This document shows, piece by piece, positions 55,193 to 64,000 of a DNA stretch of 64,000 nucleotides. The stretch spans positions 995,086-1,059,085 of the forward strand of contig CBDCEY010000008.1 in the NCBI GenBank assembly GCA_965215895.1. The letters run 5' to 3'. Source of the DNA: Vicinamibacterales bacterium (GTDB lineage: Bacteria > Acidobacteriota > Vicinamibacteria > Vicinamibacterales > UBA8438). Within the stretch, counting starts at the first letter, position 1, and each line of letters opens with the position of its first letter. The notes under the pieces were generated by a model. It did not search any database. It was given only the letters and a program-made list of their open reading frames with translations, and was not told the origin of the DNA. The position numbers and the translations under genes were made by a program.

Positions 55193-57700
55193 ATGATTCG
55201 TCGTACGTCGTGGAGGATTGCAGCGGGGCTCGCTCTCATCGCGGTGCTGGGAGCGACCGCCGCCGTCCGGGCGCAGAACGCGACCACCGGGACCCTCGGC
55301 GGCGTCGTGCGCGACGCGCAGCTGGGGGTGCTGCCCGGCGCGAGCGTGGTCGTGGTCCATGCCCCGACCGGGACCCGGTACGAGGCGTTCACCCGGGCCG
55401 ACGGTCGGTTCGACCTGCTGAACGCGCAGGTCGGCCCCTACGACCTCGAGATAACCCTGAGCGGCTTCGGCACGCAGGCGTTGTCCGGCGTCGTCGTCAC
55501 CCTCGGCGAGGCGACCGAGGTCCCCGTCACCCTGCAGCTCGCCACCGTCACCGAAACGGTGGAGGTCACCGCGGAGGCGAGCAGCGTGTTCTCGCCGTCG
55601 CGGTACGGCACGACGGCCGGCGTCGAGTCCGGGGTCATCGAGACCCTGCCGACCATCGAGCGCAGCCTCCAGGACTTCGCCCGAACCAACCCCTTCTTCG
55701 TCAAGACCAGCCGCAACGCCGACTCCGAGAGCTTCCTGAGCGTCGCGGGGGGGAGCGGCCGCTACAACAACATCCAGATCGACGGCGCCGTCAACAACGA
55801 CCTCTTCGGGCTGGCCGCCCAGGGAACGCCGGGGGGCCAGGCCAACACCCAGGCGATCGTGCGCCAGAGCGGCTTCTCGGGGGGCGGCATCAACGTCATC
55901 ACCCGCAGCGGCTCGAACCGCTTCAGCGGCACCGCCTACCTCTACAGCCGCAACCAGGGGCTGGTCGGGCGCGGCATCGACGACGTGCCCATCGCTACCT
56001 TCTTCGACCGGCAGCAGGGGGCGAGCGTCGGCGGCCCCCTCGTCCGGAACCGCGCCTTCTTCGCCAACGTCGACACCCAGCGGCGGGAGACGCCGGTGGG
56101 CTACTCGCTCGACGGGTCGTCGGGCGTCGACTTCGGGCGGCTCGCCGAGGGCCAGCGGATCGTCGACGTGGCGCGCACCCGGTACGGCTACGACATCCCG
56201 GGCGGCTTCGGCGAGATTATCCGCGGGAACCCGAACGACAAGATCTTCGTGCGATCCGACCTCAACCTCTGCCCGCGCACCGGCTGTCGGTGCGGCACAA
56301 CCACGTCGGCGCCACCGCCGACGTCGGCTCGCAGTCGAACTTCCGCTACCGCTTCACCGACAACTTCTACCGGTTCCGGAGCCGGACCGACTCGACGGTC
56401 GCCCAGCTCAACAGCTCGTTCGGCACCGCCTTCAACCTGGCCCGGGTCAGCTTCCAGCGGATTCGCGACCGCCGGGGACCCCGCAGGTGCGGGGCGGCTT
56501 CGGCCTGTTCCACGGCCGCACGCCGTACGTCTGGCTGTCCAACCAGTACTCCAACACCGGGAACGAGTTCCATCGGATCCAGGTGTTCTTCGACCCGGAC
56601 AACCGGATTCCGTTCTCGGCCGACCCCGACGCCCAGCCCACCGACATCGGCTCGGCGTCGACCAACGAGATCAACCTCGTCGACCCCGACTACCGCTTCC
56701 CGCAGCTCCTGCGCGGCAACCTCGCCTACGACCGCGACCTCGGCTTCTTCGGCCTGGTCGGCAGCGTCGAGCTGCTCTTCTCGAAGACCGTCCGCGACAC
56801 ATCGACTACCGGAACCTCAACCTCGTGGCGAGCGGCGCCGCGCCGGACGGGCGGCCGACCCACTCGCGCCTGCACCGGGACTTCAGCAACGTCATCCTGC
56901 TCACGAACACGGACCAGGGCAGCAGCTAGGCCCTGGCGACCAAGCTCGACAAGCGATTCAGCGACAACTGGTTCATGAGCGGCTCGTACCTCTACGGCGA
57001 GTCGCGGTCCGTCAACGACGGCGGGTCGAGCCAGGCGACGTCGAACTGGCGGAACAACTACAACGACGGCGACCCGAACGCTGTGCCCCTGGCCGTGTCG
57101 GACTTCTCGCCCGGCCACCGTTTCAGCCTGTCGGGCTCGTACCGGATTCCCGCGGGGCCGGGCGGCGTCACGCTGGCCGCCTACTACGACGCCCAGCAGG
57201 GCCGCCCCTACAGCTACCTGGACGGAAGTGCCAGCAACGGCGACGGCTCCCGGGGCAACGACCTCCTGTACGTGCCGCGCGACGCCGGCGACGTCATCGT
57301 CACCAACGGCACCTACGACGACCTTATGCGGTTCCTGTCGGCCGGCTGCGACGTCCCGCCGGGGGCGATCCTGGCGCGGAACGCCTGCCGCGGGCCGTCG
57401 ATCTACGCGCTCGACTTCCGTCTCGGCGTCGACGTGCCGCGGGGACAGCACGAGGTCGAGTTCTTCCTCGACGTCCGGAACCTGATCAACGCCTTCGACG
57501 CGAGGAACGGGCTGGTGGAGTTCGCCTTCTTCCAGAACCTCCAGCCCGTTCGGTCGAGCGTCGACCCCGACAGCGGCCGCTACGTCTACAGCCTCAACTC
57601 GCCGGCCCGCCCCGCGTTCACGGGCGACCGCTTCGCGCGCGACGACCTGCGGAGCCGGTGGCAGGCGCAGTTGGGGGTGCGCTACTCGTTCGGGCGGTAG
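55193..57700 (+). pseudogene. TonB-dependent receptor (CarboxypepD_reg N-terminus), multiply disrupted
   Basis: AGGAGG RBS. The sensible protein jumps frames near 56268, 56480 and 56799 (GACACATCGAC). In-frame TAG at 56927-56929 (GSS*ALATKL). An apparent internal deletion lies after NTQAI. C-terminal RYSFGR barrel end. Confidence 0.8.
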
Positions 57701-58128
57701 GGCCGGACTCGGCTGCCGGGGGCCGCGGTCCCACCGCCAGTGCACGCTGCACGCCTCGGCGACGCGAACGGCGCGTACCAACGTACGGTCGGTCGCGCCG
57801 GCCTACCGACAGCCGCCCCCCTTCCTGCCCGGTGGCTCCCGCCGCTCCGGAGCGGTCGCTTCACGACCTTGCCGGGCATCCCGACCCGCCCGAATCGCCC
57901 GGCGGTCGGGTCAAGGTTTGGTCCCGGGTGCGGCCGCCCAGACACCAACCATGCGCGTGCGACCGGCCGCCGGCGACCAACCTCGCTTGCTCGTGTCCGA
58001 GTCACCGGCGCCTCGAACGGCTGCCCGGCCAGGTGCCCACGGCCGGGCAAAGCGGCGGTATGATCGACAGTCGCCAGCGGACGCAGCGCTCGATTCACTG
58101 GCGCTCCGGAGATCCCGGCACGGTTCAG

Positions 58129-58385
58129 ATGCCCGACCACACCTTTTTCTCGAGCCTGATCTGGCAGATCGCCGACCTGCTGCGCGGCCCGTACCGCCCC
58201 CCGCAGTACGAGCGCGTCATGCTGCCCATGACGGCGCTGCGCCGGTTCGACTGCGTGCCTCGCCTCGTCGAAAGCCAGGGTTTTGGCCGAACACGCCCGG
58301 CGCAGGGGTGGCAAGCTGGAGGGCGAAGCCCTGGACCGGCGGCTGAACACAATGGCCGGCAGCGCTTTCACAACCTTGAACTTGC
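58129..58385 (+). pseudogene. type I R-M HsdM N-terminal remnant
   Basis: MPDHTFFSSLIWQIADLLRGPYRPPQYERVMLPMTALRRFDCV is the HsdM N-terminal domain signature. Frameshifted afterwards (GKLEGEALDRRLN readable in another frame) and lost by about 58385. Confidence 0.7.
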
Positions 58386-58499
58386 CAAACGCCGCGCCGC
58401 TCTCGTCGACGCCGCCATAACCTGCCAACTAGACATGAAGACGTCAAGAGCCGCGCCAAGTACCCCATCGTTCAGCACACTCGGAAAGCGACTGCTGCC

Positions 58500-59441
58500 A
58501 TGAAAACGCAACGCTATCAACTCCGCATCAGCGGTCTGAGAGAGGTCGAAGGTCAGATTAGGGCGTCGACTTTACGTCGTATTCTGGACGCGCTCCTTGC
58601 GACGGCAGAGCGGACCACGCGCTTGCTAGCTACCGGTACAGGTACCGGGAAGGGAGCAAGGCCCGACTGGCTGGACGCCACCATTGACTTCACGATCACC
58701 GAACTGGGATCCGGCTCCACGATCTTCGGTATCGAAGCGCCCCAGCTTCGAGAGACTGCCGGCGAACAGTTTGCCCAAGCCCACTTATGGAGCAAGCAGC
58801 CCAGCCTGGACGATACAGCGCTCGATCTTGTCGCTCGCTCGATCCACGAGACTCAGATGGAAGACCCGGCTGGAGACTATTTCGACAGCTCGGTTCTTGA
58901 CGCGATTCTGAAATTCCGGAAGGCCGGCGGCGTTGCGGGGGTGCGCTATGAAATGATCCCTCAGGGGACGGCTCGGGGACAATTCGCTCTCGACGATGCT
59001 ACTTGCGCATACGCTAGAGATCGACTGCACGACATTCCGGCCCCACGGTCGTTTATCGTAAGCGGCCGGCTCGATGAGATACGACACGGCAACGGCCGCT
59101 TCCGCCTTGTGGTGGATCAGAAATCGGCGCTCCTGGGACGGCTGGACGCTGCATCATTGAGCGTAGAAGCTCTTCGTTCTCTGTGGGGTAGACAGACGAC
59201 TATCGAGGGGATGGTGCATTTTAAGGCCAACGGGCGACCGAGATTCATCGAGGCTCGCCGAATTAGTCGCCGGCTCGAAGGGGATAGCGTTTTCGAAGAA
59301 ACGCCATCGGTCGAGGCTCGGCAACCGACTGAACTGTTTCCGGTCCAACGCGGGCCAGTCGGGGCCTTCGACCCTATCGATCTCGCGGACTCGTGGCCTG
59401 GCGATGAACCCATTGATGAGCTTCTGGCCCAGCTCGATTGA
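58500..59441 (+). CDS. hypothetical protein (313 aa), putative cognate of the downstream PIN protein
   Basis: Lower-G+C patch with ordinary composition. C-terminal tail DLADSWPGDEPIDELLAQLD resembles toxin-binding tails of VapB-type antitoxins. No N-terminal family recognised. Confidence 0.55.
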   Translation: MKTQRYQLRISGLREVEGQIRASTLRRILDALLATAERTTRLLATGTGTGKGARPDWLDATIDFTITELGSGSTIFGIEAPQLRETAGEQFAQAHLWSKQPSLDDTALDLVARSIHETQMEDPAGDYFDSSVLDAILKFRKAGGVAGVRYEMIPQGTARGQFALDDATCAYARDRLHDIPAPRSFIVSGRLDEIRHGNGRFRLVVDQKSALLGRLDAASLSVEALRSLWGRQTTIEGMVHFKANGRPRFIEARRISRRLEGDSVFEETPSVEARQPTELFPVQRGPVGAFDPIDLADSWPGDEPIDELLAQLD

Positions 59442-59452
59442 GCGGTTCGTTC

Positions 59453-59914
59453 ATGGCACGTTTTCTGCTTGACACGAACCTGCTGCTCGGTTTCACTCGG
59501 GATGCACCATGGGCGCTCCGGGCCCGGGCAGAGTTCAATCTGGGCGATCGGGAGACAATGGTCTTTACGTCCGTTATCTGCCGAGGGGAGATCCTGGCGC
59601 TCGCAGAGAAAAATGGTTGGGGCAGCCAGAGACGAGTTCGCCTTGAGCAAGTCCTCAACGAAGTGCCGACACTCGACATCGGAAGACAGACGATTTTGGA
59701 GGCGTACGCTCGGATCGATGCTTGGACCCACGGCAAGCCTGTGGCTTCTCCTCAAAATGCGACGCCGCCGAAACCAGCGGTGTCGATGAAACAAAACGAT
59801 CTCTGGATCGCGGCGACGGCTCACGCAAGCAGGGCTACGCTTCTGTCAACGGATCGGGATTTCTATCACTTGGGCAACACATGGTTCGAATTCGTCCTTG
59901 TGAGGCAGACGTGA
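59453..59914 (+). CDS. PIN-domain (VapC-like) ribonuclease
   Basis: ATG 59453, 12 nt after the upstream stop. FLLDTNLL (Asp1), ICRGEI, NDLWIAATA, LLSTDRDF acidic quartet pattern. Confidence 0.75.
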   Translation: MARFLLDTNLLLGFTRDAPWALRARAEFNLGDRETMVFTSVICRGEILALAEKNGWGSQRRVRLEQVLNEVPTLDIGRQTILEAYARIDAWTHGKPVASPQNATPPKPAVSMKQNDLWIAATAHASRATLLSTDRDFYHLGNTWFEFVLVRQT

Positions 59915-60002
59915 AGTCAGCGTGCGTCACGTCCTTCGTGAGGTCCGCCGGGAAGACGCGAGGAGGGGGCGGAAGACTGGCGCGGCAAGATGCAGGCGTT
60001 CT

Positions 60003-61144
60003 TCAACCTGCACGGGTTCCTGACACGAGCACCGGATGGTTCCAGCTCTTGCCGCTCAGGGCCGGCAGACGCGCGAGCTCAACGAACTCTCGTGGCCGCC
60101 ACCAGAGCCAAGTCCCCTTGCTCGGTGAGCACGAGCAGGGCGTCCTGGTCGGCCAGCGCGGAGCTGGCCGTGACCGTAGCGGCCTCCCCTTCCACGCGCG
60201 CTGGCCGGTATCGAGGTCCACGCTGGCGAGAATGCTTCCGTCGAAGCCGAAGGCATATCCGTCGGGGGCCACGCTGGTCAGCCCGGTGGCGGCCAGCAAC
60301 GGCACGGGACGGACACCATCGATCGTCACCGGGTGCGGCGAGCCGTAGCTGTTGCCGCCATCCGGCGCGAGCCACCTCGACGCGCCGGTGTCCCGGTCGT
60401 AGCCGGCGAGCGTGCCGACCGCGCCGATGATGACCGTGTCGTCCACCACCAGCGGCGAGGCCGAGAGCCCCCAGCCGGAGCTGGTCGCGTCGAGCTCGGT
60501 CGCCACGTCGCGCGCCCAGATCCCGGCTCCGGTCCGCGCATCGAGCGCGTTCAGGATGCCGGTGCTGCCAAAAGGCGAAGACGCGGTCCGTCGAGGGTTG
60601 GCGTGAAGCGCGGAGCGGCACCGGCGTGCGAGTCCCAGAACCGTACGTGGTCGGTGTGTCTCAGGATTGGCTCACCGGTGCCCATGAGGTAGCTGGACAC
60701 CATTTCGTCGTGGCCGGGCTGCTCCTGGGTGTAGATCTGGTCGCCCCGAACCGCGAAGGACGAGACGGCCGGGCCGAGCGGTCACCGCCAGAACTCGACC
60801 GGGGGGTGTGGCGTCCCAGTCGGTCGCGATGGGCACGCCCTCGATGACGCTGCCCGGTTCGGACCCCGGAAACCCGGCCATTCCGCGTCGGCACCCTTCG
60901 TTGCCTTGACGGGGAGAGGGCCCGGCGGTTCGCCGCCGCTCGCCAGCGGCGGCTCCTGGGTGCTGTCGAACCACCGCCAAGTGAAGTCGCGACGGGAGTC
61001 GCCGGTCATGCCGTCGGTGCGGACGAGTGTCCGGCCGGCCGAGACCACGACGATCGTGACCACCATCGTGACCCACCGCTGTATGGAGTGCCTGGATGCG
61101 CCTCCATCTACCAAGCCGAGTGTGCGCGAACCACTCACGTTCAA
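60003..61144 (-). pseudogene. PQQ-like / BamB-like beta-propeller protein, heavily decayed
   Basis: Recognisable pieces lie in all three minus frames: WPGFRGPNR / GVPIATDWDATPP / [25 protein letters not shown] / DRVFAF / [14 protein letters not shown].. / WKG / GHGQL..LADQDALLVLTEQGDLALVAAT / EFVELARLPALSGKSWNHPVLV. TGA nonsense at 60782-60784 and a large internal deletion. Confidence 0.75.
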
Positions 61145-61191
61145 GGTGAGAGCGCCGGTGAACGGCGGGTGCGAGTGGTAGGATATCGGCC

Positions 61192-62244
61192 ATGATCCTG
61201 TGCCGCTCGGCCCGCATCGGACTCGTGCTCGCCGCTGTCCTGGGCGTCACCGCCGGGCCCGCGGCGCAGTCGCTCCCCAACCCGTATCGTCTCGTCGACG
61301 CGTGGCCCGATCTGCCGTCGCACATGAACGGCGGGCGGTGGGGCGAGACGATCGGCGTCGACCGCGACGCGGACGGGAACGTCTGGGTCTTCCACCGCTG
61401 CTTCAACAACCAGCCGCCCGGGGCGGCCACGTGCGTCGGCCGGGACGACGACCCGCCAGTCGTGAAGTTCAGTCCGAACGGCGAACTCCTCGACAGCTGG
61501 GGCGAAGGGGTGTTCGCGGCCCCGCACGGCTTCCACATGGACCCCGAGGGCAACCTCTGGGCGACCGACTACAACGGCAGCGAGACGGTGCTCGGCATGC
61601 CGGCCGGCGGCCGTGGGCACCAGGTCTTCAAGTTCAGCCCGACCGGCGAGATCCTGATGACGCTGGGCCGGGCGGGGGTCGCGGGCAACGGGCCCGACAC
61701 CTTCGACCGGCCGACCGACGTGGCCGTCAACGCCGACGGCGACATCTTCGTCACCGACGGCCACGGGCCGAACAACCGGGTGGTGAAGTTCGACCGCAAC
61801 GGCCGCTTCCTCCTGACGTGGGGAGGGCCCGGCAGCGGCCCCGGCGAGTTCGACCAGCCGCACACCCTCAGCCTGGATACCCGGGGGCGGGTGTTCGTCG
61901 GGGACCGCTCGAACGGCCGGGTGCAGATCTTCGAGCCGGACGGCACCTTCGTCGCCGAGTGGAGGCAGTTCGGGCGGCCGAGCGGGATGTTCATCGACGA
62001 GGACGACGTGCTCTACGTCACCGACTCGACCTCGAACTCGCGGAACAACCCCGGCTTCGACCGGGGGATCTACATCGGGAGCGCGGTGGACGGGACGGTC
62101 CACGCGTACATCCCCGACCCCGATCTCGACCGGCAGGACGAGCTGCGCATCTCGGGGGCTTCGGGCATCACCGCCGACCGCCAGGGCAACGTCTACGCCG
62201 CCGACGTCGGCCCGCAGAGAATCCGGAAATACGTCAAGCAATAG
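61192..62244 (+). CDS. NHL-repeat six-bladed beta-propeller protein, secreted
   Basis: Signal peptide. Repeated F..P.GvavD..GnvyVaD..N.Rv.kF blocks (e.g. FDRPTDVAVNADGDIFVTDGHGPNNRVVKF; FDQPHTLSLDTRGRVFVGDRSNGRVQIF). Confidence 0.8.
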   Translation: MILCRSARIGLVLAAVLGVTAGPAAQSLPNPYRLVDAWPDLPSHMNGGRWGETIGVDRDADGNVWVFHRCFNNQPPGAATCVGRDDDPPVVKFSPNGELLDSWGEGVFAAPHGFHMDPEGNLWATDYNGSETVLGMPAGGRGHQVFKFSPTGEILMTLGRAGVAGNGPDTFDRPTDVAVNADGDIFVTDGHGPNNRVVKFDRNGRFLLTWGGPGSGPGEFDQPHTLSLDTRGRVFVGDRSNGRVQIFEPDGTFVAEWRQFGRPSGMFIDEDDVLYVTDSTSNSRNNPGFDRGIYIGSAVDGTVHAYIPDPDLDRQDELRISGASGITADRQGNVYAADVGPQRIRKYVKQ

Positions 62245-62262
62245 CGGGCCGCTTCCTGGATT

Positions 62263-62898
62263 TCAGGCGCCCGGCTTCGGCGCGTCGAACACCGCGCTCA
62301 CGTCAGCGGCGAATCCCTCAAGCACCCGTGACTTGGCGGCGTCGCCGGCGGCGAACACCCCCAGGCCGCTGTAGGCGTCGCCCTCCATGGCGAGCACGGT
62401 GATCGTCTCGTCGCGTGGATCGACTATCCAGTACTCCGGAATGCCCGCCTCGGCATAGTCGGTACGCTTCTCGACCAGATCCCGATCCGGGTCGTCCGGG
62501 CTCACCACCTCGATCACGAGGTCCGCACCCAGCCAGTAGCGATCCTGGCAGCGCGCATCCGACCGATCGCGGAGCAGCAGCAGGTCAGGCTCGCGGAACT
62601 TGCCCTCGCGGACGCGCAAGCGCAACGCCGCAACCATGACCACGCCGCCACGCGGTACGAGAAAGTCGTAGAGCTGTCGATAGAGAGCCAGTACGACCGC
62701 CTGGTGGGTGAACGTCGGCATCGGGAGTTCCTGCACGCGGCCGTCCGTGAACTCGACCAGGCGGTTGCAGCGATCCGTGAGCCGAAGGTAGTCCTCGTCG
62801 CTCCAGGCCCCCTGGGGCGGCAGCACATCGTGCAGGAGACCGCGCAGCGCATCCTCCGAGGTGGCCGATGCGTTCGTCGCGGGACGAGTGCTCGTCAT
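62263..62898 (-). CDS. Uma2-family endonuclease-like protein
   Basis: ATG 62898. VEFTDGRVQELPMPTFTHQ, EPDLLLL, GADLVIEVVSPDD, AGIPEYWIVDP. Confidence 0.75.
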   Translation of the reverse strand: MTSTRPATNASATSEDALRGLLHDVLPPQGAWSDEDYLRLTDRCNRLVEFTDGRVQELPMPTFTHQAVVLALYRQLYDFLVPRGGVVMVAALRLRVREGKFREPDLLLLRDRSDARCQDRYWLGADLVIEVVSPDDPDRDLVEKRTDYAEAGIPEYWIVDPRDETITVLAMEGDAYSGLGVFAAGDAAKSRVLEGFAADVSAVFDAPKPGA

Positions 62899-63059
62899 GT
62901 CTTCATCCTGCCCTACCCGGCGGCTGCTCCCGAAGCACCCCACCAGCCCTGCTCCAACAGCGTCTGCGGCAGCCACCGAGAGAACGCTCGAACGTACGCC
63001 GGATAGCCGTCGCAGGTGGCCACGGTCGCGTTCACCGTCGTCGTATACAGTACCACTGC

Positions 63060-64000
63060 ATGGTCGACGACGCGCCGCGTCACCCCCCCCGCACGGCCCG
63101 CGTGGACGCCGCCCGACTCGGGGTCGTGGCCGCGGTCGGGGCCGCGCTGTGGCTCGTGCCGACCCCGGACGGGGTCGAGCCCCGGGCGTGGCAGCTGCTC
63201 GCGGTGTTCGTCGCCACCATCGTGGGGATCATCCTGCGCCCCCTGCCGATGGGGGCGATGGCGTTCCTGGCGGTGGCCTTCGCGGTGATGTCCGGCACCC
63301 TGACCATCGCGGAGGCGACGGCCGGCTTCGGCGCCACCGTGGTGTGGCTGGTGGTGGCGGCGTTCTTCATCGCCACCGCCTTCATCAAGACGGGGCTCGG
63401 GGCGCGCATCGCGTACCACTTCATGCGCGTCCTCGGGAAACGGAGCCTCGGGCTGGCCTACGGGATCGTGGCCACCGACCTCGTGCTCGCCCCGGCCATC
63501 CCCAGCAACACGGCGCGCGGCGGCGGCGTCATCTACCCGATCCTCAAGGCGCTGTGCGTCTCCCTCGGCAGCGACGCCGCCGAGGGCACCCAGGGCCGGA
63601 TCGCCGCCTTCCTGACGTTCACCGCCTACCAGGGGGTGGTGGTCACGAGCGCGATGTTCCTCACCGCGATGGCCGCGAACCCGCTGGCGGCCGAGCTCGC
63701 GGCGCAGCAGGGGGTGACCATCACCTGGGCGGGCTGGGCGGTCGCGGCGTTCGTTCCGGGCATGCTGAGCCTGCTCCTCGTGCCGCTCCTGATCTACCGC
63801 CTGTACCCGCCGGAGGTCACCCACACTCCCGAGGCCCCGGCGTTCGCGCGGGAACGGCTGCGGGAGATGGGCCCGATGACGCGGGACGAGCGGGTCCTCC
63901 TGGCCGTGTTCGTCTTCCTGTTGACCTTCTGGATACTCGGGAGCGCGCTCGGCATCAACGCCACCGCCACCGCGATGGCCGGGGTGGGGGCGATGCTCGC
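63060..64000 (+). CDS. DASS-family (SLC13-like) anion/dicarboxylate transporter, 3' end outside the window
   Basis: Open frame from ATG 63060 to the window end; absent from the ORF track because it has no stop. TGLGARIAYHFM, PAIPSNTARGGGVIYPI, polytopic hydrophobic profile. Confidence 0.7.
   Translation, partial: MVDDAPRHPPRTARVDAARLGVVAAVGAALWLVPTPDGVEPRAWQLLAVFVATIVGIILRPLPMGAMAFLAVAFAVMSGTLTIAEATAGFGATVVWLVVAAFFIATAFIKTGLGARIAYHFMRVLGKRSLGLAYGIVATDLVLAPAIPSNTARGGGVIYPILKALCVSLGSDAAEGTQGRIAAFLTFTAYQGVVVTSAMFLTAMAANPLAAELAAQQGVTITWAGWAVAAFVPGMLSLLLVPLLIYRLYPPEVTHTPEAPAFARERLREMGPMTRDERVLLAVFVFLLTFWILGSALGINATATAMAGVGAML

Noticed and set aside
55193-61144. Interpreting all frameshifts as sequencing errors and annotating intact genes
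   Set aside because: The lesions include substitutions creating stop codons and apparent internal deletions, not only homopolymer indels. They are confined to this zone. I still flag read-level verification as necessary.

Overview
The window is a high-G+C bacterial chromosomal segment. G/C dominates third codon positions, and Arg/Pro/Gly-rich shadow ORFs occur on every strand. The taxon cannot be fixed from sequence alone. The gene content (DUF5916, PSCyt-type CxxCH protein, CarboxypepD_reg-type TonB receptor, many Uma2 genes) looks like a soil Acidobacteria- or Gemmatimonadota-like organism. Housekeeping and metabolic genes are present: serine hydrolase, amidase, cyclase, MutY, HAD, enolase-family, S9 peptidase, MFS and DASS transporters. 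They are interrupted by several accessory patches. The main patch is a ~14.5 kb island (12.1-26.7 kb) with four large genes: (1) a PLD-SNF2 helicase; (2) a gamma-class N6-adenine methyltransferase with a type-ISP-like C-terminus, split by an ISAzo13-family insertion sequence; (3) a GTPase-like P-loop protein; and (4) a 1316-aa RecD-like SF1 helicase with an unknown N-terminal half and an endonuclease-like tail. The last two genes have their own promoter and operator. I consider them the best candidate for an undescribed defence system. The island sits in one copy of a segmental duplication (amidase 3' end plus DUF2272 gene); the other copy carries a different 1.3 kb cargo in the same slot. Other accessory content is an AAA/RloB (AbiL-like) pair next to a phosphatase-ADP-ribosylglycohydrolase fusion, an orphan ABC-like ATPase, an ankyrin plus Cys-rich gene pair, a 313-aa protein plus PIN pair, ParD with a ParE stub, an HsdM stub, and two heavily decayed genes. 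I found no rRNA, tRNA or CRISPR array. All family calls rest on motifs read by eye, and motif coordinates may be off by a few nt.
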